Below are positions 29,527 through 39,706 of a DNA stretch of 64,000 bases, piece by piece. A program made the position numbers and the translations under genes. Positions within the stretch are counted from its first letter, which is position 1. Every line of letters starts with the position of its first letter. Source of the stretch: Bacteroidota bacterium (GTDB lineage Bacteria > Bacteroidota > Bacteroidia > B-17B0 > Aurantibacillaceae). Location of the stretch: contig JACQAK010000150.1 of the NCBI GenBank assembly GCA_016194985.1, positions 236 to 64,235 on the forward strand, read 5' to 3'. Below the pieces are notes generated by a model. That model did not search any database. It worked only from the letters and a program-made list of their open reading frames with translations, and was not told the origin of the DNA.

Positions 29527-31458
29527 ATGCTTCATTTAAAAATACAAAAACATCATTACCCTATTTTATTTCTTTTGATACTGGCCTGTGTTTTAAGATT
29601 GTATCGGTTATTTGATTTGGAGTATACGTTTGATGAACTAAGTGCTCTCAGCAGAACCGATTATGATTCGTTGGGTGAGGTATTGGATAAAGGGGTAATG
29701 AAATTAGACACACATCCCGCTTTGGTTCAGGTGTTCCTGTATTACTATTGTATGCTGTTTGGTAAAACTGAATGGATCGTGAAACTTCCGTTTATCATTG
29801 CCGGAATAAGCTCCATCTATATTGTTTATGCTATTGGTAAGAAGTGGTTCAACGAAACTGCAGGGCTTTTAACTGCTACTGTTTTAACCTGCACCCAATT
29901 TTTTATTTTTTACAGCGTCACTGCAAGACCTTACATTAGCGGACTATTCTTGTGTTTACTAACATTAAAGTACTGGTTAGATATTTTATTTGATAAACAG
30001 GCCACTAAAAAACACTTCCTTTTATTTGCTGTATTTGCAGCATTATCAGCATTAAATCATCATTTCAGTATGATGTTTGCCGGATTATGCGGCATTATTG
30101 GATTATTTTTTCTTTCAAAGCAAACCGCCAAATATTATATCCTTGCTTGTATTGGAGCGGTGATCATCTATAGTCCGCATTTTCCTATCCTGTTTTATCA
30201 ATTAAACGTAGGAGGTATAGGTGCTGCAAGTGGTGGCTGGCTTGATCCTCCGAAAGATGATTTTATTATAAAGTTTTTGTTGTATATTTTTCATTACTCC
30301 TTTTTGTTTGTTTTAGTATTTGTCGGGATTATTGCATTCGCCTTTTTTCAGAAAAAGAGCGAGGATTCTATGCCAAAATTAAAAATCAGAATCGCCCTAT
30401 TCTCTTTATTTACATTATCATTTTTAATCGGATTCTTTTATTCTCAAAAAGTAAACCCCGTTATTCAATACTCAACCCTTATTTTTGCAACGCCCTGCCT
30501 GATCTTATTTGTAACATCATTTGCCAACGACTTAACAACGACACTGAAATGGGGTGTCATTGTTCTGCTGACCACGGTTAGTATAAGCACCCTTGTTGTG
30601 AAAAGAAAATACTATGATCTGATCTATTACCAATTATTTGATACTCACATGCAAACTGCCGATCAGGTTATTAAGGAAAAAGGAAATACTAATGTGTACA
30701 GCTTATTTAAAGGGGAGCGTTGGTTTTTAAACTACTACAAAGAAAAGTATCATTCTCCCGCCAGATATATGGTCATTGATCTGGATTCATTGAGTTTACA
30801 GAATTACAAATCCATCTACGATACACTCTCGGCCAACTACCTGGTATTAGGCGATTTTAATCCTGCACAGGTTTTGCAAGCCGCTAATTACTATCCCTAT
30901 GTTTACAAAAAAATAAACGGTTATACCTTCGAAACCTATGTACTGAGCAAGGAACCAACCGATAAAAATTTAGAGGTTGAGAAACGAAATATTGTGAGTA
31001 CTGATTTTGAGACTATTCCCGAACGTTTCAATTTGAATAAGGACCTGATCGTTTCTGTCGGTTCAAAAAAGCAATATCGCATTGACAGCTTAAACGAATA
31101 CCCGATTTCGTATAAAATAAAAAATACGGATCTACATGCCAAAGAAGGCCAAACGATTGTTGCCGAAATTCAATTCCGTTCAGACAGACCGATAAAAGGC
31201 TTATTGTGTGGTAGCATTGATGCCTTGAAACAAAATGTGCATTGGGCTGCAACCAATATAGATGCGTTTTACAATAGTAAATCTGCCATTCAAAAAGCAT
31301 ATGTGTCTGTTTACGTGAATCAAAAATTTAATGATCCTGAGAACGAGCTCAACATTTTTATATGGAATGATAAAAAAGAGCAGTTTCAGATTTCCCGTTT
31401 TTCGGTTTATATCTGGGATAATAATCCTTATCGTTACGGTTTACTATCTGATTTTTAA
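29527..31458 (+). CDS. GT-C-fold membrane glycosyltransferase (ArnT/PMT family 39/83-like) with C-terminal soluble domain
   Basis: 643 aa. After TM1 comes the first-loop motif YTFDELSA, a DE motif like that of ArnT/PMT. The N-terminal half is multi-pass and about 270 aa at the C-terminus are non-membrane. Confidence 0.65.
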   Translation: MLHLKIQKHHYPILFLLILACVLRLYRLFDLEYTFDELSALSRTDYDSLGEVLDKGVMKLDTHPALVQVFLYYYCMLFGKTEWIVKLPFIIAGISSIYIVYAIGKKWFNETAGLLTATVLTCTQFFIFYSVTARPYISGLFLCLLTLKYWLDILFDKQATKKHFLLFAVFAALSALNHHFSMMFAGLCGIIGLFFLSKQTAKYYILACIGAVIIYSPHFPILFYQLNVGGIGAASGGWLDPPKDDFIIKFLLYIFHYSFLFVLVFVGIIAFAFFQKKSEDSMPKLKIRIALFSLFTLSFLIGFFYSQKVNPVIQYSTLIFATPCLILFVTSFANDLTTTLKWGVIVLLTTVSISTLVVKRKYYDLIYYQLFDTHMQTADQVIKEKGNTNVYSLFKGERWFLNYYKEKYHSPARYMVIDLDSLSLQNYKSIYDTLSANYLVLGDFNPAQVLQAANYYPYVYKKINGYTFETYVLSKEPTDKNLEVEKRNIVSTDFETIPERFNLNKDLIVSVGSKKQYRIDSLNEYPISYKIKNTDLHAKEGQTIVAEIQFRSDRPIKGLLCGSIDALKQNVHWAATNIDAFYNSKSAIQKAYVSVYVNQKFNDPENELNIFIWNDKKEQFQISRFSVYIWDNNPYRYGLLSDF

Positions 31459-31472
31459 TTTATCTTTGCTCA

Positions 31473-32177
31473 ATGTCAACAGATTACCGCAGCGGCGAAC
31501 TACTACTCATTAATAAACCATATACATGGTCGTCGTTTCAGGCGGTTAATAAATTAAAACATGCTCTAAAAAAGCATCCATCATTGCTATTGGATGGCAA
31601 ATTCGTGCATTTAAAAATCGGGCATGCGGGCACCTTAGATCCTCTGGCAACAGGCCTTTTAATTATTTGTACGGGAAAAAAAACGAAGGAGATCTCTCAA
31701 TTTCAGGATTTACCAAAAGAATATACCGGTACTTTTTTTATTGGCGCCACCACTCCCTGCTACGATAAAGAAAAAGAAGTGGATGCCACCTACCCTACAG
31801 AGCACATTACAGAAGAGTTGGTACGCGACACTGCCAGATCCTTTGTAGGTGAGCAGGAACAAGTACCTCCCATGTTTAGTGCCGTAAAAGTAGATGGTAA
31901 ACGTTTATATAAACTGGCCCGCATTGGTGAAGAGATCGAATTGAAAGCACGGCCTATTGAAATATTAGAATTTGAGATAACGCGTTGCGAACTGCCGTTA
32001 GTTGATTTTAGAATTGCCTGCACCAAAGGAACTTATATTCGCAGTATTGCCCGTGATTTTGGATTAGCCTTAAACAGTGGCGCTTATTTAGACGCCTTGT
32101 GTCGCACTAAAATTGGACATTTTAGTATTGAAGATGCTAAAACACCCGAAGAATTTATAAAAGATAATACTTACTAA
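31473..32177 (+). CDS. truB: tRNA pseudouridine(55) synthase
   Basis: 234 aa with the catalytic-Asp motif GHAGTLDPLATGLL and with KGTYIRS. Confidence 0.92.
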   Translation: MSTDYRSGELLLINKPYTWSSFQAVNKLKHALKKHPSLLLDGKFVHLKIGHAGTLDPLATGLLIICTGKKTKEISQFQDLPKEYTGTFFIGATTPCYDKEKEVDATYPTEHITEELVRDTARSFVGEQEQVPPMFSAVKVDGKRLYKLARIGEEIELKARPIEILEFEITRCELPLVDFRIACTKGTYIRSIARDFGLALNSGAYLDALCRTKIGHFSIEDAKTPEEFIKDNTY

Positions 32178-32216
32178 ACCTATTTATCCGCTCACCTCTG
32201 ATTTACACATTGTATC

Positions 32217-32699
32217 TTGGACATTGAAAAACATAATCAAAAAGCGTCTGCTCTTAAGAAAGAGAACAAGATTTTTTTTGACAAACTCAAGCGTACCAAA
32301 CCAAAAAACTTAGATCATCAGTTTCATGCTTTACACGAAGAAGTATTCGAAGAAATAGATTGCCTGGCATGCGCTAACTGTTGCAAAACCACTTCTCCCA
32401 TTTTTTATAATAGAGACATTGAACGCTTGGCCAAACATATGCGAATGAAGCCAGGCGAATTCATTGATAAATATTTACGTATTGATGAAGACAAGGATTA
32501 TGTGTTGAAACAAGCTCCCTGTCCGTTTTTAGGGGCAGATAACTACTGTTCTGTTTACGAAGCGCGACCTAACGCTTGCAGAGAATATCCACACACGGAT
32601 AGAAAACGCATGGAGCAAATTTTAGATCTTACATACAGAAATACGATTGTTTGCCCGGCGGTACTTGAGATTACGGAGCGATTGAAGAAAATTGTTTAG
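32217..32699 (+). CDS. YkgJ family cysteine-cluster protein
   Basis: 160 aa with CLACANCC and CPFL...YCSVYEARPNACREYP. Only a TTG start is available. Confidence 0.75.
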   Translation: MDIEKHNQKASALKKENKIFFDKLKRTKPKNLDHQFHALHEEVFEEIDCLACANCCKTTSPIFYNRDIERLAKHMRMKPGEFIDKYLRIDEDKDYVLKQAPCPFLGADNYCSVYEARPNACREYPHTDRKRMEQILDLTYRNTIVCPAVLEITERLKKIV

Positions 32700-32707
32700 T
32701 TCTCAAT

Positions 32708-32807
32708 CGTCATTGCGATGAGCTTTTTCAGCGAAGAAGCAATCTCAACCTATTTATTAATAACAATATTTTTTATATGAGATTGTTTTACTACGTTCGC
32801 GATGACG
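32708..32807. repeat. Imperfect approx 100-nt palindrome between convergent genes (probable bidirectional terminator / REP-like element)
   Basis: The left arm cgtcattgcga...caatctc (32708-32746) is complementary to the right arm gagattg...tcgcgatgacg (32779-32807). The two arms flank an AT-rich loop. Confidence 0.6.
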
Positions 32808-32812
32808 TAATA

Positions 32813-33247
32813 TTACTTAGTCCCGGTATGTCCAAAGCCACCGGCGCCTCTTTGCGTTTCTTCCAGAGAAGAGGTTTTCTCCCAGGTAATTTGCTCATGT
32901 TTGGCAATTACCATTTGGGCCACACGTTCACCATCGTTGATCACAAATGAAGTGTTAGATAAGTTTACCAATAATACTTTCACTTCTCCTCTGTAATCTG
33001 CATCGATAGTTCCAGGAGAGTTTAAAACCGTGATGCCATTTTTAAATGCTAAACCACTGCGGGGACGAATTTGCGCTTCGTAACCTTTATGCAATTCAAT
33101 GAATAATCCTGTAGGAACCAATGTTCGCTCCAGTGGCTTTAGTTCAATAGGTGCGTCTATATTAGCCCGAAGATCAAGGCCTGCAGAGAGTTCGGTAGCG
33201 TATTGCGGTAATTCGTGTTTGGATTGATTAACAACTCTGATGATCAT
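32813..33247 (-). CDS. dut: dUTP diphosphatase
   Basis: 144 aa with [24 protein letters not shown] and a C-terminal GGFGHTG. Confidence 0.93.
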   Translation of the reverse strand: MIIRVVNQSKHELPQYATELSAGLDLRANIDAPIELKPLERTLVPTGLFIELHKGYEAQIRPRSGLAFKNGITVLNSPGTIDADYRGEVKVLLVNLSNTSFVINDGERVAQMVIAKHEQITWEKTSSLEETQRGAGGFGHTGTK

Positions 33248-34728
33248 GATTCTAAATGTTTTAATTTTTTTAAATTATCGAATTCTAATTTATAAAATAT
33301 AAGAGCAAATAAGCCCAACAAGATATTATTCAATATTAACTTTAGGATAGTGCTCTCCATATCCGAATAACAGGTTGAGATAAAATAAAATCCTAATGCT
33401 AAAAAGGTAAACACGGATATGCTACGTAAGTTATACTTTATCGGATAATACTTTTGCCCCAATATATAAGACGTAACCATCATAATTCCGTACGATGCTA
33501 AGGTAGCCCAGGCACAAGCCATGTAACCAAATTTTGGAATGCCTGCAAAATTAATTACCAGAGTAATTATTGCTCCCAGTATCGTTATCATTGCTCCGAA
33601 TTTTGTTTGCCCGGTTAGTTTAAACCAAATAGACAGGTTCCAATAAACGCCTACACACAAATTAGCCAACAATAAAATAGGAACAACTCCTAAGCCTACC
33701 CTGAATTTTTCGCTTACTACACGTTGTAACCATGGTAAATTCATCATGGTTCCTAAAAATAAAAACAAACAAAATAATACATAGTACTTCATCACCATGG
33801 CATTTAATTTTTTTGAATCCTGATGTTTTGCGTGATTAAAAAAGAAAGGCTCTGCGGCATATTTAAAGGCCGTAGTAAAAATGGTCATGAACATAGCAAT
33901 GCGATAGCACTGACCATAAATGCCTAATTCTGTTTTTGCCACATCTTCGGGCAACAGGTATTTCAATATAAAACGATCAAAGGTTTCGTTGATCATGCCG
34001 GCAAAACCCAGTATCAATAAGGGCCATGCATAATGCAACATTTGTTTCCATAACTCTTTATCAAATACATACTGCACATTGATGAATTCTTTTGAAAGAA
34101 ACAACAAACTCACCAGGTTAGCCAAAAGTCCTGCCAGAAACATGTAACCTACTCCTACTTCCGGATTATAAAATTTTGCTAATGCTGAATCCGGTTCACT
34201 AAAATATGCAGGCTTACAAATATTAAAATAGAAAATACAGATGAAAATAAAGACGGTGACATTTAACAACTTAAGTGCTCCGAATCGCCTCGCCTGATTA
34301 TTCAATCTTAATCTGGCAAAGGGGATGGCCATCACCGCATCAGTAGCGACGATCAACACGCACCAAATAATGTAGTTAACATGGTCGGGCTCTTTAATAA
34401 AGTCAGCAATTGAGCCTGAAAACATAATAAACAACAATGATAAGCCTATACTGCTTCCAAAAATGGAAATCACTGCGGTTGAGTATACCCGCTCCTTTTC
34501 CTCTATTTTATTAGAGAAATGGAAAAAAGCCGTCTCCATACCATAGGTAAACAAAATATTTAAAAAACTGATGTAGGCATAAAACTCTGTATTGGCAGAG
34601 AGTTCGGAGGGTTGTTTGAATATATAAGTTAAAACAAAAGAATATAAAAAAGTGATGACGCGAGGAAGTATGCTTCCTAAGCCATATACGGCAGTTTGTG
34701 AGGCTAGTTTTTTGAGAGGGTTCGACAC
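33244..34728 (-). CDS. Oligosaccharide/polysaccharide flippase (MOP superfamily, Wzx-like)
   Basis: 494 aa with about 14 hydrophobic segments. The start is GTG and the stop overlaps the dut start (ATGA). Confidence 0.75.
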   Translation of the reverse strand: MSNPLKKLASQTAVYGLGSILPRVITFLYSFVLTYIFKQPSELSANTEFYAYISFLNILFTYGMETAFFHFSNKIEEKERVYSTAVISIFGSSIGLSLLFIMFSGSIADFIKEPDHVNYIIWCVLIVATDAVMAIPFARLRLNNQARRFGALKLLNVTVFIFICIFYFNICKPAYFSEPDSALAKFYNPEVGVGYMFLAGLLANLVSLLFLSKEFINVQYVFDKELWKQMLHYAWPLLILGFAGMINETFDRFILKYLLPEDVAKTELGIYGQCYRIAMFMTIFTTAFKYAAEPFFFNHAKHQDSKKLNAMVMKYYVLFCLFLFLGTMMNLPWLQRVVSEKFRVGLGVVPILLLANLCVGVYWNLSIWFKLTGQTKFGAMITILGAIITLVINFAGIPKFGYMACAWATLASYGIMMVTSYILGQKYYPIKYNLRSISVFTFLALGFYFISTCYSDMESTILKLILNNILLGLFALIFYKLEFDNLKKLKHLES

Positions 34729-34772
34729 TTTCTTGTTTAAAGTATTAAAAATAGGGCTTTATTATCGAAAGT

Positions 34773-34912
34773 AAATGGGCTATTTTTGAAGATATTAACC
34801 TTGGTTAGTGAGTAGTATTTTAGTTTAAGAGGAGCTGCGTTGAGGATTGCAACAACCATCCTTTTGCAGGTTAAGAAACTTACTGAAGTGTTGCAAAAGA
34901 TGAGCGTGAAAA
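34773..34912. repeat. Partial, internally deleted copy of the 18945-19255 element
   Basis: The segment aaatgggctatttttgaagatatta resembles 18961-18983, and taaccttggttagt resembles 19111-19124. The stretch ctgcgttgaggattgcaacaaccatccttttgc...tgcaaaagat resembles 19129-19180. The hairpin 34857-34866/34892-34900 is retained. Confidence 0.55.
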
Positions 34913-34942
34913 GCCTGTCTTGTATAGTGGAAAACATCCGGC

Positions 34943-35437
34943 CTAGCCCTTCATTTTTTCGATCAGCTTAGTGGTAGAAAACCCATCCACTAATTGAATA
35001 GTAATCACCTCTCCTCCTTTAGCCTTTACAACATCATATCCAACAATTTCCTCCGCTTTGTAATCATTTCCTTTTACCAACACATCCGGCTGCACAAAGG
35101 TGATCAATTCCAAAGGCGTGTCTTCATCAAATAATACAATGGCATCCACACATTCCAAACCTGCCAGTATCAATGCTCTGGTGTCTTCCGAATTGATCGG
35201 TCTCTCGGGAGATTTCCCTAAACGCTTTACCGAAGCATCCGTATTCAATCCTAAAATCAATTTATCTCCTAAATCTCTGGCGTGACATAAATACTCCACA
35301 TGACCGCGATGCAGAATATCAAAGCATCCATTGGTAAAAACTACTTTTTTATTCTGAAAACTCCACAAATTCAACAATCTTTTCAATGTATGATCCTTTG
35401 CGTAAATTTTATCAGAGAGTTTTTTATGATATGGCAT
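34943..35437 (-). CDS. rfaE2: D-glycero-beta-D-manno-heptose 1-phosphate adenylyltransferase (RfaE domain II type cytidylyltransferase)
   Basis: 164 aa with VVFTNGCFDILHRGHVEYL, the HxGH nucleotidyltransferase motif. Confidence 0.85.
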   Translation of the reverse strand: MPYHKKLSDKIYAKDHTLKRLLNLWSFQNKKVVFTNGCFDILHRGHVEYLCHARDLGDKLILGLNTDASVKRLGKSPERPINSEDTRALILAGLECVDAIVLFDEDTPLELITFVQPDVLVKGNDYKAEEIVGYDVVKAKGGEVITIQLVDGFSTTKLIEKMKG

Positions 35438-36437
35438 TGGTTTTAGTTTTATTAATGATAGGTAATAAAATAAGGCTTAAAATTCCTAAGGCCACAATAA
35501 GTATAAATTGGGAGGTCCAGGCCATCCAGGGGAAAGAAAAAGCGGCGATTTGTTCAACACCATAATAGGTTAACAACGCCGTTATAATAGCAGGGTAAGC
35601 GCCCAGTCCACCCGGAGAAAAAACTACGCCAAACGTTCCAAACAGTAATAACACCAGGCATTCTGATTGCCCCAAATGGGATGTGCCCGCAAAGGCAAAG
35701 AAACACACGTACAGGCTATAAAAATAAGATGCCCAGATAGCCAGACTCAATAAAATAAACTGAAATTTCTTATCAATGTCTTTCACCGAACTTAAGCCTT
35801 TTCCAAAGCCTTTGATGATATTTCCGGTTTTTCCTTTTAATAGTCCGGCAATTTTTTTGCGCACTAAAAACAAACCTGCGCAAAGCACCAATAATACCGT
35901 TATTAAAATAATAAAACCGGTAGGATGTTCGGTAATGCCTTTTAATTTAAGCATCATAGGATCATAAATGTACGTAACCGTTAAGTCTTTCAACTGCGAA
36001 AACTGGGCAAATAAGGTTAGGAAAAAAATCGCGATCAGTATCAGCATATCTACAATGCGCTCTGTGATCACCGTTCCCAGTGCCACTTCAAAAGGGACAT
36101 CGTCATATTTTGTAACCAATGTACAACGGGTAATCTCTCCCATCCGGGGTAATCCATAATTAGCAAAATAACCCACCAAAACGGCACATGTAGCATCCGC
36201 AAGCTTTACTGAATATCCGGCCGGTTTTAAAAGATAATTCCATCGATAGGCTCTCAAAAAATGGCTTAGAAAAGAAATGGCAATGGAAATAGCCACCCAA
36301 AAATAATTGGCTGTTTTAAAGGACTCCAGAATTTTCTCCTTCTCGGTCCAAACAGAACGGAAAGACAACCATACTAACAAAATACCAATACCAAGCAATA
36401 CTATAAACTGGACAATGGATTTGGTGTTTTTGCTCAT
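35424..36437 (-). CDS. Flippase-like / lysylphosphatidylglycerol synthase TM-domain (UPF0104) membrane protein
   Basis: 337 aa with 8 or more hydrophobic segments. It has an R..RW..LL pattern near the N-terminus (LRAYRWNYLL). Confidence 0.7.
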   Translation of the reverse strand: MSKNTKSIVQFIVLLGIGILLVWLSFRSVWTEKEKILESFKTANYFWVAISIAISFLSHFLRAYRWNYLLKPAGYSVKLADATCAVLVGYFANYGLPRMGEITRCTLVTKYDDVPFEVALGTVITERIVDMLILIAIFFLTLFAQFSQLKDLTVTYIYDPMMLKLKGITEHPTGFIILITVLLVLCAGLFLVRKKIAGLLKGKTGNIIKGFGKGLSSVKDIDKKFQFILLSLAIWASYFYSLYVCFFAFAGTSHLGQSECLVLLLFGTFGVVFSPGGLGAYPAIITALLTYYGVEQIAAFSFPWMAWTSQFILIVALGILSLILLPIINKTKTNAIS

Positions 36438-36443
36438 TAACTG

Positions 36444-36797
36444 TTATTTTAAACGGTTTGTTTTTGTATCCGGAAAAACCACCCATGGTCTGAAGGTTTT
36501 AGCTTCTTCAAACTCCATGGCAGCATAAGAAATAATAATGACCACATCTCCCAAGCTTACATGCTTGGCAGCCGGGCCGTTTAAACAAATAACCCCCGAA
36601 CCGCGTTCTCCCTTAATAACATAAGTAATTAACCGTTGTCCGTTATTCTTATTTAAAACATGTACCTGTTCGTTTTCAATAAAATTAGCTGCATCCATTA
36701 AATCTTCGTCAATGGTGATACTGCCTATATAATCCAACTCTGCCTGTGTTACTGTAACACAGTGCAACTTAGATTTCATCACTTGAATTTGCATCAT
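36444..36797 (-). CDS. panD: Aspartate 1-decarboxylase proenzyme
   Basis: 117 aa with [24 protein letters not shown]. The Gly-Ser self-cleavage site is present. Confidence 0.93.
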   Translation of the reverse strand: MMQIQVMKSKLHCVTVTQAELDYIGSITIDEDLMDAANFIENEQVHVLNKNNGQRLITYVIKGERGSGVICLNGPAAKHVSLGDVVIIISYAAMEFEEAKTFRPWVVFPDTKTNRLK

Positions 36798-36971
36798 GCC
36801 GCAAATGTAAGGATTTAACCATAAACCACATAACTAAATTCGGTTATAAAAATGGCCAAAACACGTTAAAAAATCCATCAATCATGAACCAAAACCGCTT
36901 ATATACTCTATGGTTTTCTTTTTTTGCAAATCAGTAAATAAATCGCATTTTTACTACTCAAACTAAACTAC

Positions 36972-39668
36972 ATGAATTATAAACATCTACTTTTTTCGGC
37001 AGCTATTTTTGGTTTTATTGCTGCCTGTTCTTCTGCCAAGAAAACCTCTACAACACCCGTAACAGCAATTGCAGAACCAGCTATCGATCTGGATACCATC
37101 AAGGTTATTGCCGAAGAGCCGCCCAAAAAGAAAGTGTATCAGGCTACCAATACTAAAAGCAGCGATATTATTCATACCAAATTATGGGTAAGTTTCGACT
37201 GGCAAAAGTCTCAATTAATAGGAAAAGCTGAAATACAGGCAAAACCGTATTTCTACCCCACCAACATGCTGTATTTAAATGCTCGTGGCATGGATATTAA
37301 GTCGGTGAAACTGGCTGAAAAACAAAGTAAAGAACTGCCTGTTAAAAAAGGTGGAAAATCGGTTGTGACTGAAGATGTTATCACGGAAAAACCTGTTACC
37401 TATAAATACGAACACGATTCTCTTAAAATAAATTTAGGAAAAGAATACACTGCCAAAGACTCTTATTTTGTTACTATTGAGTACATCTCTAAACCTAATG
37501 AGCTGAAAGCAGGAGGAAGCAGTGCTATTTCTGATGATAAAGGCTTATATTTTATTAACCCAACAGGTTCTGATCCGGATAAAATGCCACAAATATGGAC
37601 GCAGGGAGAAACCCAATCCAACTCGGCCTGGTTTCCTACTATTGATAATCCTACCGAAAAAATGACGGATGAGATCTATATGACCGTAGACGACAAATAC
37701 ATAACCCTCTCCAACGGTCTTTTAACTGACTCTAAAAAGAATGCAGACGGAACCCGCACCGACCACTGGAAAATGGATCTGCCCCATGCCCCTTATTTAG
37801 TGATGATGGCAGTGGGCGAATTTAAGAAAGTAACGGATGAGCCCTGGAACGGAAAAGAAATTTCATATTACGTCGAAAAAGAATACGAGCCACATGCTAA
37901 AGCCATTTTTGGCAAGACAAAAAAAATGGTAGAGTTCTACTCTACCAAACTGGGCGTTCCTTATGCCTGGCCCAAGTATTCGCAAATTGTGGCAAGAGAT
38001 TATGTAAGTGGTGCTATGGAAAATACCAGTGCTACCCTACACGGAGATTTTATGATGTATCAAACAACCCGCGAAATTATTGACGGTGCCAAAGGAGAAA
38101 GCACCATTGCACATGAATTATTTCACCAATGGTTTGGCGATCTGGCCAGCTGTGAGAGCTGGAGTAATTTAACATTGAACGAATCTTTTGCGACCTATGG
38201 AGAATATTTATGGGAAGAATTTGAATACGGCCGAGACGCCGCCGATGATCATCACGCCGGTTCACGATCAGGTTATTTTGCTCAGGCTAATCAAAAGCAG
38301 GTTGACCTTGTACGCTTTGATTATGCAGAACGCGAAGACATGTTTGACGCGTTCAGCTATAACAAAGGCGGGCAAATATTACACATGTTGAGAAAATATG
38401 TGGGTGATGATGCCTTCTTTGCTTCTTTGAAACTATACCTTGAGAAGTTTAAATTTAAAACAGCGGAGGCTCACGACCTGCGCCTGGCATTTGAAGAAGT
38501 AACCGGAGAAGATCTGAACTGGTTCTTTAACGAATGGTATTTTGCCAAAGGACATCCTGATCTGATTATTAAAAAATCATATGATGCTGCAACCAAAAAA
38601 TTAAAATTAGACATTACTCAACAACAGGATTTTAAAACAGCTCCTTTATACAAATTGCCTGTATATATTGATATATATGCCGGCGGGAAGAAAGAGCGTC
38701 AACGCATCTGGATCGACGATGTAAAAAATTCTTACACCTTTGATGTTGCTTCAAATCCTGAATTAGTAAATTTTGATGCGGAAAGACAATTACTGGCCAA
38801 AACTACTTATGAAAAAACTAAGGACGAATATATCTTCCAATACAAAAATGCACCTCTGTGGGGCGACAGAGAGGAAGCTTTGCTTTACTTTAAAGAGCAT
38901 CTGGATGATAAAGCCGTTTTTGAATTAGTGAAATATGCCGCACAAAATGATACATGGAAAAAATTCAGAGGTGGCGCTGTTGCAATGCTCAGTGATGTTG
39001 CAAAAGATAAAGAAGCAGAACTTAAACCATTATTTATTTCTGTTTTTGAAAAAGACGCCTACACTAAAGTGCGCGCAGCCGCTCTAAAGGCCTTAGCTGC
39101 CAATTACAAGGGCGATGATGTGAATGCCTTATACGAAAAAGCATTAGGGGATCAATCTTACGCTGTGATATCAGAAGGCTTTGATGCCATTGCTAAAAAT
39201 AATCCTGAATTAGCCATGAAAAAAGCAGTGGCTTTGGAAAATGAACCATCCAAAGAAATCATTTATTCTATTGCTGATTTATATTCTAAAAATGGTAGCG
39301 ACGAAAACCATGCTTACTTTAAAAAAGTAAAAAAATATTTTAACGGTTTTGAACTCATGGCATACGGCAACATGTACGGTAAATTTTTAAAACGTTGTGT
39401 TAAACCCGAAACTGCCATTGATGGAGCCAAAGAAATAGCCAAAATGGGGGCCAGCGATAATAAATATGTAAAATACGCTGCGCAAAAAGTAATGAAAGAC
39501 AACTTGCTAAATACCTGGCAGGACAAAGAAGATAAGTTAAAAGCCAAGATCGAAAAAGCCAAAACAGATGCAACTGTAGGTGACGTTACTAAAATGACCG
39601 AGGAATTAAAAACAGTATCTGATACGAAAAAACAAATTTTAGACTTATATAATTCGATTAAGAAATAG
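36972..39668 (+). CDS. pepN: M1 family aminopeptidase (aminopeptidase N-like) lipoprotein with HEAT-like C-terminal region
   Basis: 898 aa with lipoprotein signal FIAAC. The motifs GAMEN and HELFHQWFGD...NESFATYGE (HEXXH-E18) are present. Confidence 0.88.
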   Translation: MNYKHLLFSAAIFGFIAACSSAKKTSTTPVTAIAEPAIDLDTIKVIAEEPPKKKVYQATNTKSSDIIHTKLWVSFDWQKSQLIGKAEIQAKPYFYPTNMLYLNARGMDIKSVKLAEKQSKELPVKKGGKSVVTEDVITEKPVTYKYEHDSLKINLGKEYTAKDSYFVTIEYISKPNELKAGGSSAISDDKGLYFINPTGSDPDKMPQIWTQGETQSNSAWFPTIDNPTEKMTDEIYMTVDDKYITLSNGLLTDSKKNADGTRTDHWKMDLPHAPYLVMMAVGEFKKVTDEPWNGKEISYYVEKEYEPHAKAIFGKTKKMVEFYSTKLGVPYAWPKYSQIVARDYVSGAMENTSATLHGDFMMYQTTREIIDGAKGESTIAHELFHQWFGDLASCESWSNLTLNESFATYGEYLWEEFEYGRDAADDHHAGSRSGYFAQANQKQVDLVRFDYAEREDMFDAFSYNKGGQILHMLRKYVGDDAFFASLKLYLEKFKFKTAEAHDLRLAFEEVTGEDLNWFFNEWYFAKGHPDLIIKKSYDAATKKLKLDITQQQDFKTAPLYKLPVYIDIYAGGKKERQRIWIDDVKNSYTFDVASNPELVNFDAERQLLAKTTYEKTKDEYIFQYKNAPLWGDREEALLYFKEHLDDKAVFELVKYAAQNDTWKKFRGGAVAMLSDVAKDKEAELKPLFISVFEKDAYTKVRAAALKALAANYKGDDVNALYEKALGDQSYAVISEGFDAIAKNNPELAMKKAVALENEPSKEIIYSIADLYSKNGSDENHAYFKKVKKYFNGFELMAYGNMYGKFLKRCVKPETAIDGAKEIAKMGASDNKYVKYAAQKVMKDNLLNTWQDKEDKLKAKIEKAKTDATVGDVTKMTEELKTVSDTKKQILDLYNSIKK

Positions 39669-39670
39669 TT

Positions 39671-39693
39671 CTTTTAAAACACATAGTCACATA
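39671..39693. repeat. Left inverted repeat flanking the GxxExxY gene
   Basis: cttttaaaacacatagtcacata matches the reverse complement of 40139-40161 at 21 of 23 positions. It begins 3 nt after the pepN stop. Confidence 0.8.
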
Positions 39694-39706
39694 GAGATTA
39701 TTAAAA

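Noticed and set aside
34737-34937. 66-aa track ORF in the rfaE2-flippase gap
   Set aside because: It lies entirely on the repeat copy described at 34773-34912. It has no recognisable motif and an implausible composition.
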